Source: Geosiphon pyriformis uo1
Taxonomy: Eukaryota > Fungi > Glomeromycota
Reading direction: 5' to 3'
Assembly: GCA_016748015.1 (NCBI GenBank)
Contig: JAAOMT010000076.1
Span: 62,001-126,000, forward strand
Length of the DNA: 64,000 nt
The position numbers and the translations under genes were made by a program. The notes below the pieces were generated by a model. It was not told the DNA's origin. It did not search any database and worked only from the letters and a program-made list of their open reading frames with translations. The number at the start of each line of letters is the position of its first letter. Within the stretch, counting starts at the first letter, position 1. Below, one piece after another: positions 35,202-50,394 of the stretch.

Positions 35202-38200
35202 TTATCTCTTTTTTTTAATATTGAGCTTTATTAAAATTTTTTATATCTCCTAATTTTTCTTCTTTAATTAACTTCTGAACTTTTTTTTAAGGATTACTTA
35301 AGTTATTTTGATCTGTAATTTTTTAAATTGAGCATTGGTCATTTTTTTTAATTGGTTGATAGTAATCATATCTATTGCTGAATTAAGTAGTATTGTTGAT
35401 CAATTTTAAAATCTTGTGTGTAGCCAATATATGGCTTATGTCTATGTAGACAGATTGTTTTTTTTTACAATTTGTTTGATTTGTTGTAGTATTGTTGTAT
35501 TGAATAATTATTTTGTTTTGTCAGTATACAAGTTCTGAATATTCATGATTTGTCTTAAGTAATAATAACAAAAGTTTTTTAAAAATTGTTGTAATCACCA
35601 ATTCTAAGTTTCTTTGATTACTTTTTAGTATGGTACAGCTGTTTTTGGTGTTTCTATTAATAATTTTACTTTTGCTATTATCTTGTCTATAGTGTTTTCT
35701 AATTTTTTGTGCACTTGGTATTGGAGTTATTTTTATTATCTTTGTACCAAATAATTTATTGATTAATTGTTATTTCCAAGTTTGTTTATTAAATCAATTA
35801 GAATAGCTGTTGTATAAGTAAATAGATGTCTTTAATAATTTCTATCTTTATTATTGTTTTTGGTTGTGTTTATTATGTCTTTATATACTATTTTGTTTGA
35901 TTAATTTAATGTATTTGTATTAATAACTATGATTGGTTTCAGATTTTATTTGATTGGATTAGTATTTATTGTACTCTCAATTGTGAAATAATGTTGATAG
36001 ATAGTAATGCTGTATTGTAATATGGTTTCAGTCAATTTCTATGTGTTGCTTTGGCTAAAATTTTGTTATTTCATCTTAGTTTGTAAGCTCTATTTCCTAG
36101 AATTTTTTTTATGTAAAATGATTTATTTTATTTGAAGTCAAATTTTTCACTCTATTGTTTTTTTGTTTTGGTATAATGTAAGAGTACTTTGTTTTCAATC
36201 CTAAATTTAACTGGTTTATTTGCTAATTGGTTATTATGTTGTTTTTTTTGTTTTTTTTGTAACTTTTAAATGTTATTAGCTATTTTTCATCTTTTGTTTT
36301 CCAATGTTTCCATTAGTTTGTATATTCTTCTTAACAATGTTCTTTGGAAGTTGGCTTTTGTTATTGGTTCAATTGAATACATATTACTTCTATCTCAACT
36401 GGTAATGTTGCTGTTTTACTATAAACAAGTTCAAATAGTGTTGCTTGTATGGTATCTTGTTTTATTGTTTAATAAACAAATAATACTAATAGTATAAACA
36501 AATCTTATTTGTCCTGGTTTTTCTAACTGATTTTGGCAATTGCTTTATACAATGTTCTGTTGAATTTTTCAACTAAATTGTTTGTTTATGGATAGTATAA
36601 TAAAGATAATAGTCTCTTAATTCTAAATCTTTGGCTTAATTCTATTAATAGTCTGTTTATAAAGTAAGTTTCTTGATCTAATAACAATTTTTTTGAACAT
36701 CCATATTAGTAAATCAAATTTTGATGAATGAATTCGGCTATAGATTCTGCATCTGCTCTTTGAATTGTTTTTGCCTCTGGCTATTTTGTGAAATAGTTTA
36801 TTACCACTGCTATATAATAATTATCTCTGCTGGTTATTATTAATGATCCAACTAAGTTAATTCCAATTTAATCACATAGTTGTCTTATTTTAATTGGTCT
36901 TAATGATTTATTGGGTTTTGTTCTTTCTTTTCTCTGATAAACATCACAATTTTGAACATATTAGATGATATCTGGATATATTAATAGCCAATAATATTTT
37001 TTTCTGGTTCTTTTCATAATTGCTTTTTTATAAAAATGTTCTGCTATCAGATTTGAATACATGTTGTATAATATTGTTTCTTTCTCTGGTTCTGTAATTA
37101 TTCTAAGTAGTTGATCTGAATCTTTTCTGTTTTTTTGATATAATATATTCTAATGAGTAATAAAATATTTTGATTGTTGTTTTATGTTGTTTTGTTCCTT
37201 TTAAGATAATTTTTTTTTGAACTGCTGGATATTAATATAATGTTGAAGTTGTTAATATTTTTGTGTATTTATTTTTTGTTATATTTTTGAGTTAAAATGT
37301 TCTTAGATTTGTTTTATTTATAATAAACTATTAGCATTTCCATTTTTTTTCATTTTTTATAATATATTGTATACTTAAATAGTAAAAATTCTATTTTCTA
37401 TCTGACATGACAGTTATCTTCAAATTTTTGCTTCTGGATTGATGTCAATTCTTTGTAATTAGTGTATATTTCAAACTTCTGGCTTAAATACTCTTTTCAT
37501 TTAATAATTGCTTAATATATTGCTAAGTATTTTAGTGCTAATGTTCTATAGTTCTTTTTAGCTGAACTTAAACTTTGGCTGGTGTATACTACTGGATGTT
37601 TTCATCTATTCAATCCTCTTTAAAATAGTACAACTTCTAATGATTAACCAGATATATCTGTAGTAATAATGAATGACTTGCTGTAATCTGGATAAATCAA
37701 TACTAATGCTTGAATAAGCTTTCTTCTTAGAATGTCAAAAGCTTTTTGTTAAGTTTTCATTTATTCATATTTCACATTTTTTGTTTAGAGCTGGTAGAAT
37801 AATTGGGCCAGTTTGAAAAAATTCTGTATAAATCAGTAGTAATATCCAGTGAATCCCAAAAATGCTCTTAATTTTGTAAGATTTGTTGGTACTAAAAAGT
37901 TTTAACTATCTCAATCTTATCTGAATCTGTCTTAATGCTGTCTTGCTTATGATATGTCCTAAGAATTTTAATTCTGTTTTGCCAAAGAAATATTTGGTTG
38001 CATTCAGTTTTAATTCAGTTCTTCTTAGTCTCTTAAACACCTGCTATAGATGATGAAAATGATCATCAAATGTTTTTAAAAACACATTGGTATTATTCAG
38101 ATACATAACTACTGATTTTCATAGTAGTCCAGTATAAATGATTTTCATAAGTCATTGGAATATGGCTGGAGCATTGATTAAGCCAAATGACATAACCTCA

Positions 38201-39129
38201 AACTCAAAATTTTCTTTTTTGGTTGTAAAAACAGTTTTTTTTTATCTTTTAGTTTCATGGTTACTTGCCAGTAACCACTATTCAAATCTAATATAGAGAA
38301 CTATTTTTTCTCTTCAAAATCATCAAATAATTTCTGAATTTATGGAATTAAATAGCTGTTTCCATAAGTAATACTGTTAAGTTTTCTGTAATTCACACAA
38401 AAACAGATCTTTCTATTCTTCTTATGGATTAGTACCATTGGTGATGACCATAGATTCATTGATAGTTGAATTAACTTATTGTCTAATATATGGTTGATTT
38501 TCTGTTGGATAATTTCATGACTTGCTAATAGTACTTTATATGCTTTTTGTTTAATTGACATTGCATCTTTGGTCTTAATCTAGTGCTAGATGATATCAGT
38601 TCTACCAAATTCATTTTTATTTGTAAAAATATTAGTAAAATTGTTAAGTAATATTTTGAACTACATTTATTAAAGTGGATCTAAATTTCTCAAGTTCATT
38701 TGTTCCAATTGTTCTAGTTGAAGCAAATAGTATTCTTCTTGTTCATATATGGTTTGTGATATAATATCCACATATTTATACAGTTGTGAAAAATTTGAAA
38801 TGGTATTTGGTGGTTGGTCCTCAACTTCAGTGCTTAAATATCTGATGATAGTTCTACTTGGTATTTTGATGGTATCTTCAGTTGTATTATAGATGAAAAT
38901 TTTAAGTGTTTGTTATTTTTAGCCAGTATATAGAAATTGGTGATAATAATTTTTCCTAATTTATAAATAATAGCTTCTGCTTCAAAAATTTGGGGCTGGT
39001 CTCATACTTTTCTTTTTATAACTACTAAATATTAGTCATATAGTGGAATAAAAATTGATTGACAGGTGGAGATAATTTTTCTCTTGTTAATAATTTTTTC
39101 TTCTGCCATATTAACTAATATGTTTATTC

Positions 39130-39530
39130 TACTCATAGATCTAAATCCACTTATTTTTCTTGCTATTATTCCTAATTCTTTCCTATTTCCTATTGATATT
39201 AGCTGAGCTATTTTAACCAGAGATTGGAATATTGCCTGTGTTATTTTTTCATTTGGCTCAATAATATAAGCCTTTTCTAAGTCATTTTGTAGCATTATAA
39301 TAATATTTTCTATATATTTTGCATTAATTATTCCCTGTTTTATATTGATTTTCTTTTTTGCTAAACTACTTTTAGATGTTAATTGAATCATTGTGATTAC
39401 TGAGATTTCTAATACTACTTTTAGATTAATACAGATGCATGAATGTGATTTCAATTTGATGATATTTTTTCTGAGATATCTAAGATTAAATTCTATATTA
39501 GTATTATGTACATGTTTTGGCATAATACTT
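39130..39530 (-). pseudogene. dut: dUTPase domain of copy D
   Basis: ORF 39032-39586: KSSLAKK, GIINAKYIENI, KITQA, RKISGFRS (decayed motifs). Confidence 0.8.
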
Positions 39531-42500
39531 TCATTATTATTGCTAAACCATTTGAGTTTTTGCTTTTTTAAAAGATTAAAAAGCACAATATATTGTTCTG
39601 AGTTTGAATCAAAATTTGAATTTTTGCTGTTATCATTGCCATATTAAATATAATTGAAACTATTATTATTATTATTGTTGTTAAAGTTTGAATCATGATT
39701 GAGTTGTGAATTCGATTTTGTTTTGCAGTTACTAATTGGTTTTTTTTCTGGGATTGTATAGATTATGCATGATAGTAAATTGTAAATGAGATTACAATTA
39801 TTACAATACTAAAAGTCACATGATATTAAACAATGGTTACATAGTTGGGTGTTTAGTTGTTCCAAATATTGCTTTTGTTCTTGTTTGGTTGGTGTTAAAT
39901 TCTGGTAATGTTTGTGAAATTCTTCTGAACCTGTCTTAATATCAATAAATGTATTGAGATTGGAAATAAAAAAAGTCTCTATTAGTTCTGATAGATTATT
40001 CTTAATCTCTAATATTTTGCTTGGCAAAACATTTTTGACTTTGGCACTTGCTATTCTCCAGATCTTATTTTCATCATGTAAATAACCATTTAAGTGTAAC
40101 AAAGCACAGTTTTATGCAGCATTAAAAGATGTTCTTCTGCTGACCCAATTGCTTATAAGAATCATGTATTGACATAAGGCATTGCATATTTCTCTTCAAC
40201 TAGGAATGTTATTCCATATTCCTTCATTAAATAACTGTTTCTTACAAACAAAACATAGTTTATTGTCCCACTTGTCTTGTCTTTTTGAATAACCATAGTA
40301 TTTTCTATGACATAACTTGCAGTAATAATAGGTTCTGGTCCAGTAATCTTTATCAGGTGCAATTCAGGCTCCCATAAAAGACAGTTTTTTTTTGCAATCT
40401 TTGTATCTGAGTGAGATATATGATGGTTTTTTTCTGATGTTGGTTGAATAAAATTTTTCCCAGCCACTAGTAATTTCTTCTATGTATATAGTTTTTTGTA
40501 GTTTATTTTTTTCTTTTCCTTTACTTTTATCATTTCAGGATAATACTAATAGAAGTTTGTTGTAATTGGTGTTAGCCTATGAGACTTGATAAGCTTTCCA
40601 AATAGATTTTTTTTTTTTTCCTTAATTTCAATAAGTAGTGTTGGTGTAGTAGTTTTGAAATAACCACAGATGGCTGGTATTTGAGTGTGCTGACTATTTT
40701 GGCTAAGTTGCAATTCTTGTATGGTCCAGTTGAGTATAATGTTGGTCTTGAATAATCAGTCATTATCAACTAAAGCTTAGTACTATATGGCTTTTATAAA
40801 GAGAACTTTTATAAATGTGATATTGTTATTAACTTCAAATGAGAAGTTGTCAATCTTGTCAATAAGAGTTTTGGTCACTTTATCAACTGTAATAATCTTG
40901 GTATTGGCAGTGCAATTAACTTGGTAACCTAATTGGTCTATAAGTTGTTAGGTAATAATGCTGTCTGCTGACCCACTATTGAGGATTAGTTTGATGAATT
41001 GACCATTAACTTTGGCATTAATGTATATTACAGTAATAGGTTTTGTATTAAGAATAGCTTTACTAAATAATAGTGTCATGATTGACTCTTTTAATTCAAA
41101 AAAAAAAAATAGCAGCAAGTAATTTATTCTCTGTGCTGGCAGCAGGTGAAATATTATTAGTGAATAATGTTTGATTGGCTTCTGAGTTGTTGGTTTGGTT
41201 ATTTTTTGGATTGACAAGTAGACTTAAATAGTATTGAGTAGTCAGATTTTGGATGTAGTTAATTCTTGTATTTTGCTGTTGAGATTCAGATTGTTGGATT
41301 GCTGAACTGAAAATCAGTTGGTGTATTATCATCATTGATCTCCAATTCTAATGAATTTGAGTTGTTATTGGTCTTTGGCTTCTATTTTGAGGTAAATTTT
41401 GGGGCTGAGTTTAAATTGGTTGTAATTAGTACATGACTTGTGGCTGTGGCTGATAAATATTTTGTGGCTGTTGCTAATAGATAACTGGTGTTGAGATTTA
41501 ATATATTGGAAATGAGTACATTTATTGTATTATTGGTGGATAATAAGGTTGATATAGTTTCTAATTCTGAATATAATTTAGAGTTTAGAACTGATGATCT
41601 GAATTTTAATATTGATTGTCTGATCATTGATTATTTAATCTTAATTAAAAACTTATTTATAAGTGTTCTTGTTTACTACAATAGTGGCAAATACATGTCT
41701 CTTATGACCACTGTTGATTGGATAATAGATGTGACTAATTCTGAACTCAATTAAAACTTTTTGGATTTGTGCATCATTGTGGTGGCTAATAAATAGCTTA
41801 ATTATTATTAGCTAAGTATTCTTCTAATTTCTGATTAATGAATTCAGTAAATTGTTTCAGTTTCAAATTTAAGTCAAATGATCCATTTATCACTAGGTTA
41901 ATGGTTAATTTCTAGCTTAGCTGATTTAAAATCTTAAGTATTAGTAACTGTATCCTAGAGTATTTATGGGTGTATTAGATATATGTACTGAAGAATACTA
42001 CTATACAGTCCACAAATAAACTGGTTCAAAGTTTGTGGCACTGTAAAGTAATTTGTGTCAATTGCTTGTATTTAGTACAAGCTTTTATGAAAGCATCCTA
42101 GGTAAGTAGTAACTGCTTCAGTTTCTTTTTGTTTAATAGTTGTAAAAGTATTGGCTAAACAATTAATGCTATTATTATTAGTAAAATATCTCAAAAATTC
42201 AACTTTAAATACATTGAAATCTTGGAATTTCTAGATCAGACTTTGATATCATAAATTGGCAGTATTCTGAAGAAAATATAAGATTGTCTATAATGCTTTG
42301 GCATTATTTTATCTATTGGCTGTAATGGTTTTTTTTACATCATTGAGCCAAACTTACATGTTATCTTCTTTGCTAGTGAATTTTTTGAGTTTTGTAATTG
42401 AAGCATAGACTATTAATACTAGTAGTGATGGTAGTGGTAGTGGTAGTGGTGGTGGTAGTGGTTGTTGTTGTTGTGATTATGATTGCTGTTAAAGTGGTTA

Positions 42501-43435
42501 CTAAAGTGATAGTTGTAGCTGTTGTTGTTATTGTTTAGTAATTGGTACAACTGGTAGTGGATTGATTATGATTATTGGAGGTAAGTTTTGGGAAACAATA
42601 AAAATGGTGTTTGGATTGTTCTGATTTTGCTGAATTGGAATGATCAGAGTTTGTATTTCTGGGTTTTCTGGAATCAGGTTTTGATAATTAAATTCCTGAT
42701 TTTTGTTTTCTTTTTCTTCCAATTCTGTTATTTCCCAAGGACTAGTGGTTTCAAAATCTGGTTGGAGTAACAGTAATCAAAATCTTAATGACATTAATAA
42801 TTATGATTTGAATCTCTTAAAATAATTACTATAGATTTTTAATAACTCTGTTTTCTTTTGTTTACTTTAGAATAAAAGTCTGTTTAATAAGATTGTTGTA
42901 TTTGTTGTAGATGTGCTTGTTGATGTTATATTAATGGTACTGTCAAGAGTGTGATAATATGATAAATTAGTTGGTAAATTAACTCTTTGTTTTTTTTTAC
43001 ATTGGTAATTGTATTTGCTTTGAAGTTTCAGCTGGTATTTGTAGTTTTTTTTTGCTTTTTTCTGCATAGATAATAAAAAATGTTTGTTGGATGTGATTTT
43101 CAATTTTTCTGTTGATTTTAGTGATGATTAGTGTGAAGTTGTGGTTTAATAATAAGCTAGTGTATTGAATTAATTCACTGTAGAAATTTCTTTTTGCTAA
43201 TTTTGTATTTACTGGTTCTCCTAAAAAATATTTAATTCTTTCATTGATGCAGAAATTGAATACAGATTCTGTTAATAGTTGGTTATAAGTTAATTCCAAG
43301 TGTTTATAATAGTGTTAAAATAAAGATTTGGCAAATTCTAGATGGTTTGCTCCTTTTTTTTTGATTTTGTTACTTTTAAATAATTGTTGTTAGTGCTAAT
43401 TCTTTATAAAATTATACTTTACAGAGAGCACTAAA

Positions 43436-44283
43436 TGTTACAGATGATTATTTGGGGCCTGAAAACAAATAATAAACCTGTAACTTAATGCTCAATAGCT
43501 GATTTATGTTGGTAATTTCTAAAGGTTTTTGTATCTGAAGGTTTTAGTTGAGTTCTTTATATAATAAACAGAGATTTAAATGTTGTTTTATCTGTAGCTT
43601 TCTAAAATTACAATTCTATCAAATTTTTTTCTCAGTATAGTGGCTGACAATCTTTTGGTAAGTAATCTATAATTTCCAGTATTTACCTACTTGCAGAGGT
43701 TTTTTACCAGGCAATCCTTAACAAAATAAAGAAAAAAATAAAGTCAAAACATAAAAAAAAATAAGCCAAGGCAATTCAAAAGTTAGTATTTCATCAATAA
43801 CTGTGATTAAAAGCTATTAGTCTAGTGTAGTTAAGTATTAGTAATTATTAACATGAGTTGTTAATAGTGAAAAAATAAATTATAATAGTAATATGTATTT
43901 TATTGATATTTAATATTTCCATTTTAAGTTATAGAATACTATTATATAAAAGAATGAGTATAGGATTGAAACTTGAGATTCTAAATTAAGGATTCTGTTC
44001 TTTTTGTTTTTAATACTATTGTTATATATACATAAATTTTGTTATATAAAATTTCTTAAATTTCTTAATTCTTTTAGCCAGGAATTTAAGAATTTCTAGA
44101 ATCTTGTAATTCTTCAAGAGAAATTCTGGAATTCTGCAATTCTGCAATTTTTTATACTGAAATCCTGTAATTCTGGAATTCTGCAATTCCTCTGAAAAAG
44201 ATCTTAGAATTCTATTTTTACTGTATCTTATTTTAATTGGTTAATTTATACTAATATATAATTTCTATATTTTATGAGTAACA
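43436..44283 (-). repeat. 5' LTR of copy D
   Basis: Direct repeat of 34308-35201; PBS adjacent. Confidence 0.95.
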
Positions 44284-44329
44284 ATGGATTTGTTATTTGT
44301 TTTCAGACTCCAAATAATTACCTGTAATA

Positions 44330-47300
44330 ATAATTAAGTGGTTTGGCAATTTCTAAAAAATTTTTAATAAATTTTTAGTAATAGAATACTAATTCTATAA
44401 ATCTTTTTAGTTTTGTAATATTTCATGAAATTTGAAAGTTTTTGATAGCATTAATTGTTTTTGGATTGGATTAAACTCCATTTTTGCTAATAATATGTTC
44501 AAGAAAAATCAAACTTATTTTCCCAAAATAACATTTTTCAATGTTTAATTTTAATCTTGCTTTTTGTAATTATTAAAAAACTTCTTGCAAATAAATTAAA
44601 TAAGCTTTAAAACTTGGTAAATAGACATTAGTATTATCAAGATAAATAATTACTAATTGCTATAAGAGTTTTTAGAATATTATTGGTGTATTGCAAAGTT
44701 TAAAAAACATTATATTAAATTTATAGTTTTTTTTTAAGTAGTAAAAACTGTTTTGAAATGGTTTTTGGAATCTATTTCAATTTGTCAGTATCTACTTTTT
44801 AAGTCTAAAATTGAAAAAAACTTGGTTTTTTAAAAGCATTTAACATGTTGTTGATTTTTAAAAAGGAGTATATATCTCTAATTATTATATTGTTAAGTTA
44901 ACAATAATCTATACAGAATTTAATCTTATTATTTTTTTTTAACAAAAACTATTAATAAGACTTTTTAATGGGTAAATGAGATTATTATTAAACATCTATT
45001 GCACTTTTTTTCTAATGAATTAGTAACTGACAAGTAGAACTTGATAGGCTTGTTGGCATTTTAGTAAAGCATCTTTTGTGTAAATTTAATGTTGCACAAT
45101 ATCAGTTTTTCCAAGATTATTGTTGTCTTTGGCAAATATATTAGTATATTTAATAATTAACTGTTTTAATAGTCTTTGTTATTGGAGTTCTAAAAGATTT
45201 ATATTGATTTAAAAAAGTTTTTTTTCTATGATATGTTAATTTTTAGTATTAAAAATAATATTTGGGTTTAAAAATAGTGTATGCCTTATAATTTCAATAA
45301 AATTAAAGACAGTTTAAATGATTTTATTTTGAAAAATACTGCTATGTATTTAAATTTCTAATTTATTTAATAGAATAATAAAATGGTTATTAGGATTATA
45401 AAAAGTAACTTAGAACTTTTTTATTTTTTTTGGAATATAAATATTAGAAATTAAGATTTTGTGTTTTAAATGAATTTGTTTATTTGATTCAAAGATTTAT
45501 TAAATAGTGGTTGGTTTTGAACAAGTGTAAATTTCATAATATTTTCAAAAGATGATATAATAATTGATTGAAAAAATTAAAAAATCTGATAAGATTTATT
45601 TAGTACATTAAGAACAATATTTACTAAAACTGTAAATTGTTTCATTGAACTAAAATCTTGGGTTTTTCTATTATTTTTGCCTAACTGTTTTTTTAATATA
45701 ATTAATTGCAAGCCCAAAATATTGATTTTTTTACTTGCCAATAATGATCAGAAAGCAATTTAAACTATTATTCCTAATAGTATTTTAAGAGCAATTTTAA
45801 GAATAATTTTTGTTAAAAACTTAGATTAAAAGACTAAAGTATTTTTTTTGAATATTATAAGTTGTATTCTGTATCAATTTTATGAGCTTTTTTTGGCTTA
45901 ATTTTTTGACTATTCAAAATACTTGAGTTTTATTGTAGGCTAATTTTCAGTTAGATAGACTGAAATTGTTGCAATTTTTTCTATTAGCTTAGATTCTCCA
46001 AATTTAATATTGTACTCATTATTTTTACTGAACAAAAAAATGCTAAAAACATAATATTTTGGACACTATTGGTTGTTATAAGACATAATATATTCTTTAC
46101 ACAATTAAATATTTATTTGCTCTAATTATTAAATTTAAGCTTTTTTGGTTAAGTAAATGTGATTTGTAATTTGGTAATAAGTTTCAACTTTATCCTTGTA
46201 GTTATATTCAGCAATTTTGAAAATGTATTTAATATATTCAGCTTTTTTTATTTGGCAGACATTTTTTGGGATTTTTTTATTGATTAGAATCATAACTAAT
46301 TTATAAATTATTTTAATATTATGTAGATAATAATAAAATTTGTTAAGAGCACTGTTGTAAGCAGTGTTAAATAAGGTTTTTTTTACTTTTTAAGCAATTA
46401 AGAGTGTATATTTACAGATTTAATCACAAATTCCTTTTTTTATTGCAATATTAATTCAGTTGTATTCTTCTGATAACATTTTTTCACATGTAAAACAAGG
46501 AATATTGTCTTATTTTCCACTTTATTTAGAGTATTTAAATCATTTTTGATAATAAACTTTATAATAATAGCAAGTACATATTTTATATTCTTCTTTTGAT
46601 AATATATAGACTTTTATAAATAAAAGCTTTTTCTTGTAATCTTTATATTTGAATAGAATATATTGTAACTGTTTTCATAGTTTTGATTTAAAATACCAAA
46701 CTTTGTTCCAACTACTGGTTTTTTCAAAGATTTTTTGTTTGGTTTCTTTGGCTTAATTAAATGTTAATTCAAGCATATAAGTTTTGGTAATTGGCATTTT
46801 TTTTTCTTTTTCAAATTCGAATATAAAAGCTTTTTTTAATTGTTTGTTAAAGATATTATAAGTAGCAAGTATTCTAATATATTGTTTTTGGTACAAGATT
46901 TTTAGTTTTTGAGTTTTTTAATCTAAATTTGTATTGGTTTTGAGGAACCAATCATTTTTAATAAAAGCTTAATATTAGAATACATTCATAATAAAAACTT
47001 TGATAGGTATAGTAATTTTGTTAATTATGAATAGAAAGTTATCAATTTCTCCTACTAAAGTCTTCTTTATACTATCAGCTATAATAATTACAGTCTGAAC
47101 TGGTCTGTTAACAATTCATTGAAACTGTTATATTAATTAATATATAATAGTATTTCCAGTGAATTTACTGCTTAAGATTAACCAAATTGGTTTTTTTTTA
47201 ATTTTGGCTTTTGTGTATATTGTTATAATTGCTTTTTGTTTTGTGACAACTGTATTGCTAAGCAAAAATAGTGATTTATTAGCTTTAAATTCGAATGAAA

Positions 47301-47760
47301 AGATATTAGAAAGATTAGTATTTTGGGCAAATTTGGCTAATAGAATGATATTACTAAAAGAATTTTGTCTTGGTACTCTAGTTTTATTTTCAAAAAGTGC
47401 AGTTTGTTGAAAATCCGATTTTTTAGATATGATTAAGTAACTGAATTAAATATAATAATAATTGGGTTTTTGTTGGACTGAATTTTGGAAAATTAATTGA
47501 TTGTTGAAATTTGATCTATTGCTGTTACTATATTTAAAACAATTTTGTAGTGTAAATAGATTTTGTTGAATTATTTTTCTTGCAAATACTTAATATTGTT
47601 ATGTAAATGGTAATTAATACTATTAAATCTGTAAAAGTTGTTGATATTATTGTTATATTGGTTATAAAGCAGATTGATAATAATTATTTTAATACTGTGA
47701 TCTTAATAAATAATAAGTTGATGATAAAGATTAGTAGTAAGACTGTTGAAGTTAAGAATA
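44330..47760 (-). mobile_element. Decayed Gypsy copy E continued (RT, dUTPase remnant, Cys-rich domain, PR, Gag tail)
   Basis: The reverse complement is colinear with 26950-30540 but strongly AT-shifted. Confidence 0.85.
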
Positions 47761-49860
47761 ATATACAACAAAGTTTGATAAAAATTTTTTGAAACTTATA
47801 ACTGTTTATTACTAACTACCAAAGCCATATACACAAAATTTTTTTCTATAAGAACAGACTACTTAAACACAACCAAATTAGCAATATTTGATGACTCAAA
47901 TTTCATTAAAGTCTTTTACCATAAACCAATAAGCTGTATTTTAATCAAAATAATCTTGCCAAATTTAGAAAAAACTAATTCTACTGTTGATTTGAAAAGA
48001 TCTACTGGAATTTTTTTGACTATTACCTTCTAATCTATGTGGTTGTTTGTTTTTTTTATATTATCATTAACCAAAATTTTTTTATTAATAGCTATCTTCC
48101 TAGTTTTTTTCAAACTTAACCCAAATATAAAAAAAAATCTGATTATTTCTGAGAATTTTAAAGAAGTAGAAGCTTTTTCAAAACTATCTAGATAATAAAA
48201 ATTTTTTTTTATACACAATAATTTATTACCAGAAGTCTTATCAAATATTATAAAAAGCTTAATATTTAACATAAAAAATTTAACTAAATCAAAACTCTGT
48301 TTTTCTAAAACACATAGTCCAATCAATAAAAGTTGTCTAGAGCTATCAAATTTAAGTAATGGGAACATTAAAATGTTTTTGTTATTGCTGTTATTTATAG
48401 AAAAAGTACAAGAAAAAAAAATAAAAAAAAACAAATAAAAAAATAGACTAATAGAAGAATAGTACTTAGTAAATAAACACAATATCAAAAAATTATGACA
48501 TATTGCTTAGCAATGTGCATATTGTTAATAAATTATGACATGCTGTTTAGCAATGAACATATTGTCAGAAAATTATGGTATATTGCTTAGCAATAAGCAC
48601 ATTGTCAGAAAAAATAGAGCATATTGCTTAAGAAAATATGAGATCTTATATAACAAAAAATATGTATATATAATAAAAGTATTAAAAACAAAAAAAACAG
48701 AATTAATATTAACAAGATAGTTTTCTACAACTTGAAATAGAATTAAATTACATATTAATAAAATATCAATCATCATCTGAATTCATGTTAGCATTACTTG
48801 ATTAAAAAATATTAATTATATTCATTTTATTAACACTTTATGTTAATAGAATCTAATACTTAATTACATTAAACCAATAGTTTTTAATTATGACTATTGA
48901 CAAAATACCATTTTTTTATTTTTTTTTCTTATTTTCTTTTATTTTTTTTATTTTTTTTTGTTTTGTTTCTTTGTTGTTTACTAATTAATTAAAAAAATTA
49001 GTGCTAAATATTTGATGTTAAGAATAGTCTGATAAAAAACCCAAAAATAAGAGTAAAAATTTAAGAATAACTTATCAAAAGGACATAACTATTAAAATAA
49101 ACCAGCCATCATACTAAAGAAAAAAATTTACAGAAGAAACCATCAATTAAATCTCTGTCTATTATACAAAAAACTCAACCAAAACTTTTAAACTCCAAAA
49201 TTTTTAGAAATTACTAACATAACTAACTATTAAGCATTAAGTTACAGATTTGTTATTTGTTTTAACATCTTAAATAATCTCTTGTAATATCACTTAAATC
49301 AACAAAAAAAAGAGCTTTTGATGATTAACTTAACATATATGTTTGAGTACAAGTTTTTTGTTGTGTAGTATTGTTCATGTTCTTGTTAACTACTAAAGTA
49401 TCTGAATCTATATAGCTGATTTTCTTAACAATTGTGTTTTTTATGTTTTTTACATTTAGCAGACTACTGATACTACTAGTTTTGCTGTTAACTTCACTTT
49501 TTTAAGACACCACAGACTTTTTTTTAGCAATACTAATATTTTTAAAACTTAAAGAGCCAGCAGATAAATTAACTATACCAATACTCATATCAGATTTTTT
49601 TGGCTTTTTATGAGACATATTACAAGAATATATATTTTCTACATGTTTTTTTTTGGCACTTAAGTGGGTTTCCAAATCAGTCAAACCAAAACCAAAACCA
49701 CTAGCAAAAAAACCTACTGGTTTTATCATAACAAAAAAAGATATGTTAGAAGAAATAACTAAAAAAAACAAAGAAAAAAAAATAAAAAAAAGCTATTTCC
49801 TTAATAATTCTTTTATTTTTATTATGACCAGAGGATTAACAAGAAAAAAAATTTATTCTT
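47761..49860 (-). mobile_element. LINE copy I: 5' UTR and ORF1 N-terminal remnant, split by a solo LTR
   Basis: MIKPVGFFASG..., KFDSSRQL..., ASTSLKFSEIIR parallel LINE G ORF1 (53158-54200); 5' UTR resembles 53031-53157. Confidence 0.8.
48389..49289 (+). repeat. Solo LTR (palindrome-array U3 type)
   Basis: tgttatttatag...tgtaata; LINE ORF1 is continuous across it; flanks ttgc/tcac. Confidence 0.9.
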
Positions 49861-50394
49861 TTTATTTTTTAGTATTTGGCTTTATAATTAAATTGTTTAA
49901 AGTTTTTTTATTTTATTTATTGTTTGTGTATTAAAGTCTTTTTTATTTAATATTATGTATATTAAAAATATTTAGTTTTAGTTAAATTCTTGTTTACTTT
50001 ATTTTTGTTTACAGTTTTGTATTATATTTTTTTTTATTAATAGCTATTTTTAATAGTATTATTAACTATTGAATAGCTTTGAACAGTTGTTATAAAAGCT
50101 TTAAAATAATGTTTAAAATATTCATAATAAGATAAGTTTACAGTATTTTAATTATTATAGCTGTGTTTTATATTTTCAAATTTTATGGTTTAAATTTTTA
50201 AAAAGAAATTATATTTAATAATAATAATTAGTTCTAAATCTTATAAAATATTTTTAAGTCTAATTAATAAGATTTATGTTTTTAGTTAAGATAATATTAA
50301 TAAAATTTTAAATGATTTCTGTATACAGCTTTTTTTAAAACTTTGTTTTTTAATCATATTTTGTAAACTTTGTTGTTAAAAATTTTATAAATAT

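Larger units (their letters stand above)
34308..44283 (-). mobile_element. Full-length Ty3/Gypsy copy D (B-like internal region)
   Basis: LTRs 34308-35201 and 43436-44283; perfect TSD atgg/atgg; PBS before 43436; PPT after 35201; ORF3 ~35202-35830, IN ~35905-37272, RT/RH ~37305-38600, dUTPase ~39130-39530, PR LILNSGSADS ~40970. Confidence 0.95.
23565..44329 (+). repeat. Solo LTR in three pieces (23565-24396, 34294-34307, 44284-44329), split by copies C and D
   Basis: Starts tattattcatag (cf. tgttactcatag); U5 sequence aagcac-caagttatgg-atttgttatttg is continuous once C and D are removed; ends tgtaata; TSD atgg/ataa. Confidence 0.85.

Noticed and set aside
49870-50394. AT-rich segment possibly derived from another element
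   Set aside because: Too degraded to assign; left unannotated.
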